64,000 nt of DNA, from NCBI RefSeq assembly GCF_018350175.1, contig NC_058373.1:103046001-103110000 (forward strand). Reading direction: 5' to 3'. The position numbers and the translations under genes were made by a program. Under the pieces are notes generated by a model. That model made no database searches, had not been told where the DNA came from, and saw nothing but the letters and a program-made list of their open reading frames with translations. This DNA comes from Felis catus (Eukaryota). This document shows, in pieces, positions 1 to 12,294 of this stretch (its first letter is position 1; the number at the start of each line of letters is the position of its first letter).

Positions 1-809
1 GGGTGACAGGCAAGATTTCTCTATGCTACCTATGAAAAGAAGATGTAAATGGAGCGGATTCAAGATTACCCTATTAGAGACTGTCCCAAACCAACATGGG
101 CTTAAAATGATTACATCCTTCAGCCAAATTGAACTTCTTTGCAAGTACGATGAAGAAAACTGCCCTTTAATTTGGATCTAGTTTAAATTATTTAATGAGT
201 CCCCTTTCTCAGTTAATTGGACGTTAGGTTTAAGAATGAATAAAAGAGTTTCGTGTGCCACATAATAGCTAAACAGTGTCTGTGGCAAGCAGCAAAACCA
301 GCCGGCATTCTTGAAGAGACTGATCAGCGGTCTGGTCACAACCTCAGGCCTGGGAAAACCATTAACCAAACAACTTGAGTTTTATTTTTAATTTGATACA
401 CTGTGTTTAATGCAGAATGTATGGGCATTGCGAGAGGCAGTTTGCTCAGTTGTGGGGAATGGCTGTAATCCCAGTGGGTTTATCTTGCAGGCTTGGGAGG
501 CTGCTGTTATTTCCTGGTGGGTGTCTAAGGGAGTAGGCAGGAGAATGCAGAGAATCTGGGCAAATGAAGCCTCATGAAGCAGCCCTTTATTAGATTAGAA
601 CAGGCTCCTTTATCCCTCAGGCAGGCTGTGGGTGAAGTGCCAAACCAATCCTGTTTTGTGACTATTGGGTCACAGCAAGAGTCCAGGAGACAGAATTTAA
701 AGCACTCCCTTTTGGGGCTGGTAAAGTTATGGAAAGGCCACCCTGAGAAAGGGGAGAGCATAGGTGTTCTGACGAAAATCTGCCTCTTGATGTGCACAGG
801 GCCACTTTC

Positions 810-1285
810 CATTCTGTCTTCCCTCATCCAACAAAAAGTTCTTGGGCGCCTACTATGTGCCAAGCAAACAGCTAAGAAAAGGTTCCTGACCTGGAAAAGA
901 CATTTTTGGTGGGGGTGATTCCCATCTGGATCATTAAGGCATCAAATAAAAATGATAATGTGTAAGATAGGTAGAAAGTGCAGTGGGAACATGAAGGACA
1001 GTGTGACTAAATATTTGGGAACATTGATTTAACTCATTGCAGCAAACATACAGTGCATGCCTGCAATGTGCCTGGTTCCATGCTAGGAACTTCTGATGAG
1101 CAAGACAAGAGAAGTCTTTGCTGCCATGGCATTTTTAGTCTAGTGAGCCAGGAAGGCTTTTGAGAGATGAGTTAGGCCCATCTAACTTCTGGGTGAAGAA
1201 GGAAGACAAGGAGAAAAGGAAAGCAAATGGGCAAAGACACAGAGACTTGAGAAGCAAAGAATGCTAAGACAGTGACAAGAAATTG

Positions 1286-1365
<80 letters not shown>

Positions 1366-1600
1366 GGGAGAGGTCTAAGTGGGGGAGGGAAAAAGAGAGT
1401 GAACAGATAGAAAATTATCTGTGAGGTTTCAGGAAACAAGGGAAGAAAAGTCAGGATGTTTGAGGCTGTCTTTGAAGATTTTTGTATGCCTGGCTGTTAG
1501 TTTGCTTTTTATCCCTTATTTAAGACTTAAATGGGGGGAAACTTGAGCATATCCACATTCTAGAATGATTACTCTAGCAGTCAGAGAGAAAGGAGGAGAG
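810..1600 (-). mobile_element. Decayed L2 LINE 3' fragments
   Basis: L2 3'-end-like motifs 'ctcatccaacaaaaagttcttgggcgcctactatgtgccaagc' and 'tcattgcagcaaacatacagtgcatgcctgcaatgtgcctgg'; interrupted by a microsatellite; boundaries approximate. Confidence 0.6.
1284..1362. repeat. Compound (TG)n(AG)n microsatellite
   Basis: Directly visible TG run 1284-1322 followed by AG run 1326-1362. Confidence 0.97.
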
Positions 1601-4600
1601 TTCTTACCTAAGATTGTTGCAGCCAGTGTGGGGAGCATCCATGGAGGAGGTATTTAACCATTTGGATTGCCCCCAAAAGGTCAAGAAGGGCGATGACTAA
1701 AAACGGGTGACTGGATTTGGCACCAGAATGGTGCTTTGGGTACAGCTGGGTAGATGGCCCTGGTTTAAAGAATAATTTACAGGGAAGCAAGTAGAGTCTG
1801 TAATCCTCCAGAGCACAGTTGCTCTGTCGTGGTTGTTCTGTCCAGTGAGTGTTGCTTGCTTTGAAAGGAAGAAAACCCAAGCATGATGGGAGTCCTGATG
1901 GTCTCCAGTGGCTGTGTTAGTCTCTGAGAGTTGTGTTTGGATATGCAGTTGTGTTGGCGTGAGGTTTGTCCTTTAACCGTGAGACCCAAGCAGACTCTGA
2001 GCAGCCTTTGTTCAACTCAGGATTCTTTTCCCCAGGTTGCCAGCGCCCCTTGAGCTTGTGGGGAGAATCCTGATTTTAGAGTTTCCAGAATGCCGTTTAC
2101 AAGTCATTCCCATGTCCCCAGTTACATTTTTCATCTTCTGAGGACAAACCCAGGAACACCCTCCCTGAGTTCTAAGAGGGCAGGGAGGAGTTCTGAAGTG
2201 CTGTCCTGGGCCCCTGATAATCCACTGGAAAGTCTGTAAAGGTGGAGTTATACCCCAGAACCCTATCCCGTGATTGCCAATTCTGTTTCCCCACCCAGTG
2301 ATAGAGCCAGCCTGTTTTGCTGACATTGTGACCCAGCTAGCTCTTTGCTATAATCAATGTTTCCATTCTTTTCCAAAATAAACATGTTGACGGCCATTTG
2401 CAAACAGGGAAATGAAAGTTTTCCATTCCTAGGTGCAGCGTATATATTTTTGAAAACAAAGAATTTAGCAAAGGAATTTAATCTAATCTCTGGTTACTTT
2501 TTAATTTGTCTGGGAGCATTAGACCTTAGAAGGCAATTTTTTTTCTCTCTTTTAGATTCAGTTAAATTTCCCCCCACCCCACCCCCATCCCTTTCTGGCT
2601 TTGTTCAGAATTATCAAGCAGAATGGCTTGAAGAGAATAGGACCTTATTGTATCACATTTCGAGAATGAGCCATGAGGAAACAGGAGCCAAGCCTGGAAA
2701 TGAAAACGTCCTTGTAAATGACCAACAGAAGATAGGAGTTAAAATACACAACTGTTGTTGTGCCAGAAAATTGTCTGCCCTCTCTGAACGAACTGGGGAG
2801 TGCTGGTTTGCATTTATACCAGGTTTTAAAAATAATAAATGCCATTTTCCCAGCTCAAATGAAATATAATTTCATTGCTGCTTTGAAGAGAACCCTACCT
2901 TTTTGTATCCATAGAAATGAACAGCTTAATATCCCTGAAAGTCCCAGATATCATGCGTGTTTAATGTAAACAGGGTTTGTTTAGTCTGGGTGATTAATAC
3001 TTTTATTTCAGAAAGAAGTGACTGATTAAGAGTTGTGCAGATGTCATGATCAAAGCCTACTTCTTGTGCACCGGGGGTGTCAAAAGCAGCCAAGCTGTTT
3101 ATGGATCCACTGGGCTAAATTAGTAGCATTATCACTTCAGTAAAGCTTAGATATTACCATGTTCTCTGCTAAAGAAACCAATTATAATATCTGCTGGACA
3201 GTATATTAAGTGATGCCATTTAATTAAAGCCTAATCTCTCTCTGAATGAACAATATTTTAAATTATTGTACATTGTTTCATTCAGTTACTGAAAATCTCT
3301 GTCCATTTTTAAGTGCAGAAAAAATTCATTTGGCACCCGGACTGCCGGGAAGAATAATTGCCATTCTGTGTTGTGTTTGGTACTCAGTGCCCAGTAACAG
3401 TCAATCTAGGACACACATCAGTTCAGGAACTCTTTTAGTTTTAAAATATTTCGGATTTGTTTCTCAAGCCTCTAGGCAGCAAAGAGCCCTATTCTGCGAT
3501 TGCCAGTGGTTCCCTCTAAGGACTGCGGGATAATGGAGACCTCTACAAAGAATATGTTTAGAGGAATAAAGCCATTAAAGAAATAGAATTCCCATGCCAG
3601 AAGCAGAGCTATGTAACTGACAGGATAGCAATTCATTTCGAATGAATATCTCATAAGGGAATGCAAGAATTAAAATGGACTCGACAGTGAACTCAAGAGA
3701 TAACCTCTAATAGAAAAATTCACTTGGTAGAAGGAGAGATGAGTTAAAGAAGAGGTAACTATTTAAAAACAGGCAAGGGAGAGCCAAACATGAATGGACT
3801 TTCATTCCTTGTAGCTATTTAATTTAACTATGGAGAAATGTTGGCATGCATTTGGGTAACAGACAGCAATAGCCACTAGCCAAATACCAGTGATATGCTG
3901 CTTCTGCAGCTTTACAATGTCAGGGAATATGGAGTGTGGGTATTAGCTTATTGGGCCATCAGTTAAATCCCAGGGAAGAAAAACAGCAGCAAGGTATCCT
4001 GGATATTGCAGGCATATTGTCTAGAACCCAGACTATGGATGGGAAGGTTGGAACTCAACCCTAGGACCTAGCACCATGCCCTAATCAGATGAGTCCTCTG
4101 AAGATCCTAATATGTGAAATTAACGGTCCAGAGCCAAGCTGATCTATACATCTTTTGGCTAGTTCCTGGTAAGTGTGGCCTATGTGAGTTCAGATTTTGA
4201 CTTGAGAAATGGTGGTGGTCAACCATTTATACTGGCAGTTACAAAGATGACCAGAGCACAGCACAGGTATTCTGCATGCGTAGATCACCTTGGTCTATTT
4301 GTTCAACTTTGTGGATTTTGTTCCTTGGTGTCACTTTTTTTTAAAAGACTTAATTTAAAATTTTTTTCAATAGATGAAGGGGGTATAAATTTATTTTTTA
4401 AAAATCTGCATAACAGATATAATTATCATTGAGAGGACTGGGGGAAATTTTACCCAAATAATTAAGCAAATGAGTAGAGACTGTAAGACGAAGGACTAAA
4501 GGAACTGTACAGAAGCACTGTACTGTAGTGAACAAAGTTGTTTCCCATGGGAGCACAGGTTAACAATTCTGACACCACTAAACACATATACTGGGATTGG

Positions 4601-4648
4601 GCAAATAAACAAATAGATGATGGGTATGGTTAAAAAAAAAGAGATAAT

Positions 4649-4860
4649 GGGGCGCCTGGGTGGCGCAGTCGGTTAAGCGTCCGACTTCAGCCAGGTCATG
4701 ATCTCGCAGTCTGTGAGTTTGAGCCCCGCGTCAGGCTCTGGGCTGATGGCTCGGAGCCTGGAGCCTGTTTCCGATTCTGTGTCTCCCTCTCTCTCTGCCC
4801 CTCCGCCGTTCATGCTCTGTCTCTCTCTGTCCCAAAAATAAATTTAAAAAAAACGTTGAA
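4649..4860 (+). mobile_element. CanSINE (feline SINEC_Fc), young subfamily
   Basis: ggggcgcctgggtggcgcagtcggttaagcgtccgacttcagccaggtc head, (CT)-rich linker, A tail; TSD aaaaaaaagagataa on both sides. Confidence 0.97.
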
Positions 4861-5240
4861 AAAAAAAAGAGATAAAATTAAAAAATATATATATGAATAA
4901 GTATAACTTGAACCCTTCTTTTGTGTTGTGCCAAAGACAAAGAGGAAATGTCTAGCTCTTTCCATCCGGTCACATTCTGCTATATTTTATTTTTGTTTTT
5001 TGTTTTTGTACTTGGTCTTCCCTCTCTGCATGTATTGTACTATTTCCTACTTAATCTACTGAATTAATTTGTACTCCTCAAAAAAAAAGGGGGGGGGGAG
5101 AAAAAAAGAAAAGGAAAAGAAAAAAAGAAACCTACTATCCCACAAAAGCTTAGCTCTTGTAATGGAAATCCAGGCTTTCCACAATATTGCTTCAGCTAAA
5201 AGTTTATCATTTTCAGCTATACTTTTAAAAAAGCTTTTTG

Positions 5241-5467
5241 GGGGCGCCTGGGTGGCTCGGTCGGTTAAGCGTCCGACTTCGGCTCAGGTCACGATCTCAC
5301 GGTCCGTGAGTTCCAGCCCCGCGTCAGGCTCTGTGCTGACGGCTCAGAGCCTGGAGCCTGTTTCGGATTCTGTGTCTCCCTCTCTCTCTGCTCCTCCCCT
5401 GTTCATGCTCTGTCTCTCTCTGTCTCAAAAATAAATAAACGTTAAAAAAAATAAAAATAAAATAAAA
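5241..5467 (+). mobile_element. CanSINE (feline SINEC_Fc)
   Basis: Full head with A/B boxes, (TAAAA)n tail, TSD taaaaaagctttttg. Confidence 0.97.
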
Positions 5468-5482
5468 TAAAAAAGCTTTTTG

Positions 5483-6025
5483 TTTTTAGAGTAATTTTAG
5501 GTTCACAGCAAAATTGAGAGGAAGATACAGATATTTCCTGTATACTACTGCCACTGCATGTGCATAGCCTGTCCCATTACTAGCATCCTTCAACATAGTG
5601 GTAATTTGTTAGAGTTGTTGAACCTATGTGGATATCATCATCACCCAAAGTACATTATTTACTTGGGGTTCACTCTTCGTGTTGTACATTCTATGTGTTT
5701 GGACAAATTTATAATGACATGTGCCCATCATTATAGTATTATCCAGAATATTTTCACTGCCCTAAAAATCTTCTGTGTCCTGCCTATTCATCCCTTCCTC
5801 CACACCTCACCATAACCACTGATCTTTTTACTGTTTTCACAGTTTAGCCCTTATCGGAATGTCGCATAGTTGGAATCATACAGTATGTAGCTTTTTCAGA
5901 TTGGCTTCTTTTGTTTAGGAATATGCATTAAAGTTTCCTCTATGTCTTTTCATAGCTTAATAGCTCTTTTCTTTTTTTAGAACTATATAATATTTCATTG
6001 TTTGGATGTACCATAGTCTATTTAT
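5483..6025 (-). mobile_element. Old L1 (L1MB/L1MC-type) 3' end fragment
   Basis: 'ttttagagtaattttaggttcacagcaaaattgag...ggaatcatacagtatgtagctttttcagattggcttct' resembles the antisense L1M 3' UTR. Confidence 0.85.
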
Positions 6026-7469
6026 CTACTCTGCTACATTTTTTAAAGACAACTCTTGATTCTATATCATTGTCAACTGTCTACATCTAGGGGACATTTG
6101 CAATGTCTGAGACATTGGCCTTATTATTGTGGCTATAAATTGGTCCAGTATGACATATTAACTCATTCACCCATTTAGAAAATATTTGCAAATCCCTAAT
6201 GATAATCAGGATAGAAAGAGACCCTGCCCAGGAATACTCAAATTCAAATTCCCTGCACATCTTTGCTAATTTATAGCATTGGGCATTTTACTTAACTCTC
6301 TTCAGTTATAATGTGAAGTTGCTAATACACACTCATGGGATTACTTACGATAGTAAGTATATAATGATACTGCTTTATATAAGTAGGTATCTCTTATCTT
6401 CTAAGAAATATAGTTTGGCTCAGATGCTGTACATATATAAATACAGTAATAATGATTTATTAAAAGCAATACTTATGAACCAACAAGAGTTAATGCCAGC
6501 TTGTGTGGGACAGTGCAGCACACTCGAACCTCTACATACATACATACACGTACACACAAACATAATTTTTAAAATAAAAGTGTACTTCCTGTCAAGAGTG
6601 CTTCATAATGGGAAATAGCGGTAGGAGTGCTGTCTGCACTGGCAGAGTACAGGATCAGGCCTAGAATTATTGGATGTCATTTCGGGTTGAGTTACTTATA
6701 CAAAGCCAATTGTTTGCCATTGGTCTTTTAGAGATGTGCCCTTAGGCCCTGCTTGGATACTAGACCATTGCTATGCAGCAGAGGGAAATGTTTCTGTCCA
6801 AATAACTTATCTCTTGGTTTCAAATTCTAATGTGAGAAAGGACTGTCAAATTAGACACTCTGTCTTAATGATAAAGGGGACAATGGATATTCATTGTCCT
6901 TATGGGCGAAAACAATGGATAAGACATGCATTCTGAGGATTTTAAGAGAGAACTGAAGAATAGAATATTTAGAAAACTAAAATGTGGTTCCAAAGTAAAT
7001 TCAGTAGAAATTTGGCTAAGTGGGAGAATAAAGTTCTTTTCAAAGGTTTTTACCCTGAGGCAGGGTAGTAAGCAAGGAGAAGTGTCTGGGGTGGAAAATT
7101 ATCAATGTTAAGATAATATGTGAAGTATGTTATGTATAATTTATATGTATGGAATTAAAAATGGGGGTTAATACAGGCCTGGGCATGTCCCATGGAGATA
7201 CTGAGGCATACTTGGGCCAGGTAGCTGATGGTACAAAATCATATCTTGGCATTAATGTAACTCAGAATGATTGATCAGAAAGCCACATCCTGTTATAGGA
7301 TGTGTAAGAGAAGAGAGCCAGCTGTGTGGACTGGATGCCCACAGTCAGTGCTACTTTTATTGTTAGTATCTCCAGTGTGTGAATGAGAGGGCCGAGGCCA
7401 AAGGTCACTCACCAGCCAGTGGAAGAGCCAAGAGGTCTGGGTTTTTTTCTCCACTGCTCTGTTGTTTTG

Positions 7470-8040
7470 ATAGGTAAATGGCATTGATGTCATCCACTCG
7501 TTCCCCTAGGAAGTGGGCTCTACTCACTCTGTTGAGCTTCTCTTCTTTGACCCTGCCCTAAATTTTCAACTGCTCTTTGAATGTTTCCACCTGCACGTCT
7601 CTCCAGCATCATGAACAAGACATCTACAACAATTCATTTCCTGCTCTACTTCACATCCTGCCCCGGACCTCCCAGTCAGGGGTCCTTCCTCCAGCCTTCT
7701 TACTTCTAAGGGCACCATTCCCCAGTCTTCCAGACTCAATCTTCAGAGTGACTGCCAACACTTTTCTTACTTAACTCATCCTTCTTTGCCTTCCCCCAAC
7801 CACTTCATTTCCACATTCTGTCCAATGTGCATTTTCTTTTCATTTCCATTAATATCTCAAATATAGACTTTGTGAGTTCGTACTACATAAGCACCATTGC
7901 AATGAACTCTAAACAGGCCTTCACCTTCCCATCTTTTCCTGCTTTGACTCATCTGTATGTATAGCTGAATAATTCTTCCTAAACCACTGCTTTGACCCTA
8001 TCACTTCCTTGCTTAGAAACCATCAATTGGTCAAAAACTT
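7470..8040 (+). mobile_element. Decayed L2 LINE fragment
   Basis: Pyrimidine-rich, L2-like wording ('cccagtcttccagactcaatcttcagagt', 'tcacttccttgcttagaaaccatcaattgg'). Confidence 0.55.
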
Positions 8041-8076
8041 CTGAAGCATATCTTAGAAGACAGCAGCAGGAGAAGT

Positions 8077-8548
8077 GATAAGTAGTTGCCCTATCCCATA
8101 CCCCCCAGCCAGCTTGAGTCCTCCTGCAGCTGAAGGGGAAAACTGTCTCCAGCACACCAACAGCCTCCCTCCATTCTCCTGCTTCCTCCCCACCCTCTAT
8201 GAGTACATCGGTGTAGACTGGAAGTGCAAGGGAGCTTGTGCTGAGGGAGCAACCCTCCACCAATGGGGGATGGGAGTTGGTAGACAATGCCCAGTCTCTG
8301 TGTCCTCCAGTGGGGTGGTTCTGATGTGTGTTCCACATGATTTCTCAGAAGGTCCCCAGGGGAGTTGTGCCTCAGGGGCCCGCAGTCCTAACGTCCTCAT
8401 GGATGCACAGGTTACTGGCTTTCTGCCTCTCCTATTTCACATTCTCACTCCTCAGTTCTACTCCCAAGGGTCACCACCCACATAAATTACTTGTAAAGTA
8501 CTCAAATCTGTCTCAGGACCTCTTTTGGGAGGAATCCAAACTAAGACA
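8077..8548 (+). mobile_element. ERVL solo LTR (LTR16-like)
   Basis: Internal 'accaatgggggatgggagttgg' and 3' end 'ataaattacttgt...actcaaatctgtctcaggacctcttttgggaggaatccaaactaagaca', typical of LTR16; TG...CA ends. Confidence 0.8.
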
Positions 8549-9670
8549 CTAGTTTAGAGGAGACATATTGAGATAATCCTGAGCCTTGACTGTTCCATTT
8601 ATAAGGGGAGTACTATAGGAATTCTGCTTTGACTCTCCTAGAGAGAAGAAGATAAAAATATGAAAAGGGATGTTTATAAAGATGACTTTCTCAGTAGTAA
8701 AAGCTGAAGCGAAGTTAAAAAAGAAGTATTTAATATGCCATTTGTAATACCTTGAGAGTAACACCTTTTGGTACTTAGACCTATCTCCAGAGGTTTAAAG
8801 TAGATGGGCACATCCTACTGCCTCTGGATGAAGGGAGGAGGGATGAGAAGCATGGGAGGATTTCTTCTTTTTCCTGAGAAGTGGTTTGGCCCTTCCTTCA
8901 TTTCATCCACTGACCTTATTCAAAGGTAAGCTCATGCTCCCTGTTTCACAATATTTCAAAAGGCTTTGATAATGGAAGGTAACACAGGCACCTTTTTGTA
9001 TCCTCAGAGAACTGACCTTTTGAAGCCCAGTCCTTGAGTGTTCGTTCTAATAAGTTTCCCCAAGGAACTGGTTTAATCAATTTTTACATTCACTGGCCGG
9101 ATACATAATTTTGGTGACTTCCTAAATGCTTTAAGGGCATAACCCCCCCATTTTGAGATTTAGGCATCCCATTTTATTTGGTTTGATTTTATCTGATTCC
9201 TCTTGTAACTGAAAGTGATGGATGACATTGATTTGTTTCTTAAATAAATAAATACATTGAGCTTAACTTTCTTAGACTTTTTTTGAGAGAATGTTTTAGG
9301 TCTCCTAGGATACCTAGAGATTAATAGTAGACACTCTTTTGTGTGTCCCAATTAAGGTTGGGGGTGGGTACTCTAGATACTCTTGAGAAAGACCCCTGTC
9401 TAGTTATTTGGAGCTCCAAGGGTAGGGCAAGCTCAAGTCTAATCAGACTGTGGGCTCTCCTCTGTCCAGTTTAAATGTAAGTGGCATCATATTCAGAAAA
9501 CTATCAAGTGGCTTGCCCAGTAGATTGCATATTGATGATCCCCAACAAATACTTAATAAAACTAGAAATGTATCATAAAAAATTTATAGTTAACATTAAG
9601 AGCAATTAAAAAGTTTTGAGTGAAATAAAATAAGGAGTACTGTCCTTCCAACTTGCATTTGTTGTTTGAG

Positions 9671-9745
9671 GGTGTGTGTGTGTGTGTGTGTGTGTGCATG
9701 TGTGTGTGTATGTGCATATGTGTGCATATGTGTGTGTGAGTGTAT
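9671..9745. repeat. Imperfect (TG)n microsatellite
   Basis: Directly visible. Confidence 0.95.
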
Positions 9746-9889
9746 GGTGGTGTCATCCTTGTGCATATGTGTGATTCAGGGCTGCGTGAATATATGTAAA
9801 TATCATATCACCTTATCACCTTACTGGACTCTTGTGTGCTTGGAACAGTACAACTACCTGGTGTCTGGTCAGGTTAATTTCCCTCAACA

Positions 9890-10016
9890 CTAGACTTTTG
9901 CATTTGCTGGTACTGGGTTTAAATACTGGTTCTGACTTAGTGTCTGTATTACCTCGGGCAAGTCACTTAACTTCTCTGAAACTCAGTTTTTGTAGATACA
10001 GAATTGGAATAATACT
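9890..10016 (+). mobile_element. MIR SINE (5' part)
   Basis: MIR core 'ctgggtttaaatactggttctg...cctcgggcaagtcacttaacttctctgaaactcagttt'. Confidence 0.8.
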
Positions 10017-10616
10017 CTGCCTTAGCCCTAGACCTCTAGAAAGCAGAACCCAAGGCAAAGATTAAAGTGCTGAAGTTTTATTTGAAAAGCACAAACCCAG
10101 AGCCATGCAGGTAAAAGGAAAAATGGAAATGAGGCAAGAAAGGCAAAGGTAAGAAACTGTGCTGCAATGTGCCGCTATGCTGGCCACCACTTTACAAGTT
10201 GTTCAACAGGAATATTCACCACAGAGTTTATGATCAGAAACTATGTCTCAGAGCCACTCATGGAGAGGAGAAAGGAGGGGGACCTATTCATTCAGTTCCT
10301 TCCTATTTCATGTCTTCTGTTGGTCAAGGTTTACCTCATTGACAACAGCTTCTCCCCAACTTCAGAGTTGCATTATCCAGCCCCTTGGTGAGGAATCCAA
10401 ATCCAGTGGTCTGCAGTGTGACGTTTTATCCCCATGTGGAAGTAGAAGGGAATAAGAGAAGGTAAGGCTCAGCATGCGTGATGCTCCAGTCTACCAGGAG
10501 CACTAAGCAAGGGTACCAGCAAAGGTACCAACAGTAGTAGAGTCTGAGATATGCCTTTGGAAAGAAGCCGGTGGTCAAAGGAATTGGGAAACTGCACAAA
10601 GTTTGTGCCCAATACA
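10017..10616 (-). mobile_element. ERVL solo LTR (LTR33-like)
   Basis: 'cttagccctagacctctagaaagcagaacccaaggcaaagattaaagtgctgaagttttatttg...gaaatgaggcaagaaagg' resembles the reverse strand of an LTR33/LTR16 3' end. Confidence 0.65.
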
Positions 10617-10694
10617 TGCTGGTACTTAGCTCATTGGACTTTTGTCAGAACTGAATTCATGAAAAGTATGGAGTATAATGTCTGCCATTACAGT

Positions 10695-10920
10695 GAGCTC
10701 GTGGACTCTGAAACAGGTGACTTGAGTTGATTATCAGCTTTGCCAGTTGTTAACTACATAAAAGTAGGCAGGTTACTTGCTTTAAACCTCAGGAGCTTCA
10801 CTGTAAAATTAAAGACAATAGTTGCATTTATTTTATAGAGTTTTGGTAGGACTAAATGAGATATAAAGTGCTTAAACACAGTGCCCCATGTGTGGCAAGT
10901 GATCAAAAATGTTAGCTGGG
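10695..10920 (+). mobile_element. MIR SINE
   Basis: 'ggactctgaaac...ggcaggttacttgctttaaacctcag...ctgtaaaat...aggactaaatgagatataaagtgcttaaacacagtgcc'. Confidence 0.8.
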
Positions 10921-12074
10921 ATGACGATGACAGCGATGAAGAATCAACAGTGCTTTCACATAGAACAAAAATGTTCTTCCCTGTGTTCCTGTGTTCCAAA
11001 GGCAATTCTTCTATAATGTCAATGATCTAAATGGTCTAGGAGGAAGTCGTTGGGATCTGGAGTTTTCTATTTTAATTCCTATTACATTCTTGTTGTGGTT
11101 GAATTGTACTAAACTTGATTTCAGCTTCTCTCAAAACATTGGTTGCTGGAAATGGACCCAGTGGCCGAACACGATAGCAGCAACTGTTATAAGAATAGCC
11201 CTACACAGATTATCAGGCAGCAAGATCTCTTAATAAATCTTAAGCCTGGTCTGAAGTTTAATGATTTCGAAGGCAGCCATAGTTGGCCAGTCAACCAAAG
11301 ACACATAAACTTTATTAATAAGATTTTCTAGAGTCTTTATCTATTCATGCATCAATAGACATCCTAGCAACAGAACCCATCTCAGTGCTGCCCATGACCA
11401 TTTTCAGTTTCTGGTTTCTGCAATACTTTTTCAGCACAGATGTATTTGTGTCCTCAACTGGAGACGAACTAAGTGATTTTCATCACTCAGGGCGGAAATG
11501 TTTTTCCTTATGAAAAGAGAACAGTAACTATACTTGACTTTAGACACCTGATGTGTTTTCTTGGGAGAAACTGTGAAACAAGTCCTTAAAAAATTTGAAC
11601 ATGTCACTAGATCTATAGGACAAATTCAGCAACACAGATGGTAATGTGCTCTGCACACCTGTGAAAGCTACCTCTGATTTAGAACAGGAAGCTTGGAGAA
11701 GATGCAGGAGCCAGCCACCCCTTAGCCTGACATGGTCCTGCCCCTCCCCCATGTGCCTGTCAGCCTGTGAGCCCCCTTCAGTCAGCTCAGATGCCCTAAC
11801 TAGAGAGGCAGCAATAGGGACGTATAGACCTCTCCTCTGAGTTGTTTCCAAAGTTTTAGTCATTTACCTGGACCAAGGAGAGTGATTCCACATTGGGGAA
11901 AATCATTTTCTCAGTTGGCCGATGCAGCTACATCCAAGAAGGTGCTAGAGATTAGTTAAAACTATGTATTTAGAACCACTCAGACATAAGTTAGAATCCT
12001 GTTGTGACACTTACCTACTTTGTGACCCTGAGCAAGCTGCAGAGTCTCTGCTGTCCTCAGTGTCATTCTTTCCC

Positions 12075-12294
12075 TTTTCAAAAAATGTTTACTGATTTAT
12101 TTTGAGAGAGAGAGCATGCATGCAAGTGGGGGAGGGGCAGAGAGAGAGGGAGAGAGACAGAATCCGAAGCAGGCTCCATGCTGTCATTGCAGAGCCCGAT
12201 ACAGGGCTCACACCCACAACCCATGAGATCATGAGCTGAGCTGAGCTGAAACCAAGAGTCGAATGCTTAACTGACTGAGCCACCCAGGTGCCCC
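12075..12294 (-). mobile_element. CanSINE (older type) inserted in a MIR
   Basis: Reverse head 'ctgactgagccacccaggtgcccc'; MIR sequence on both sides (about 11975-12065 and 12295-12330). Confidence 0.93.

Noticed and set aside
2357..2869. Longest ORF in the track (170 aa)
   Set aside because: No recognisable domain, composition typical of translated AT-rich non-coding DNA, no promoter or splice context; within chance expectation for 64 kb
4649..4730. tRNA-like A/B boxes in SINE heads as tRNA genes
   Set aside because: They are the tRNA-derived Pol III heads of CanSINEs, followed by CT linker, A tail and TSDs
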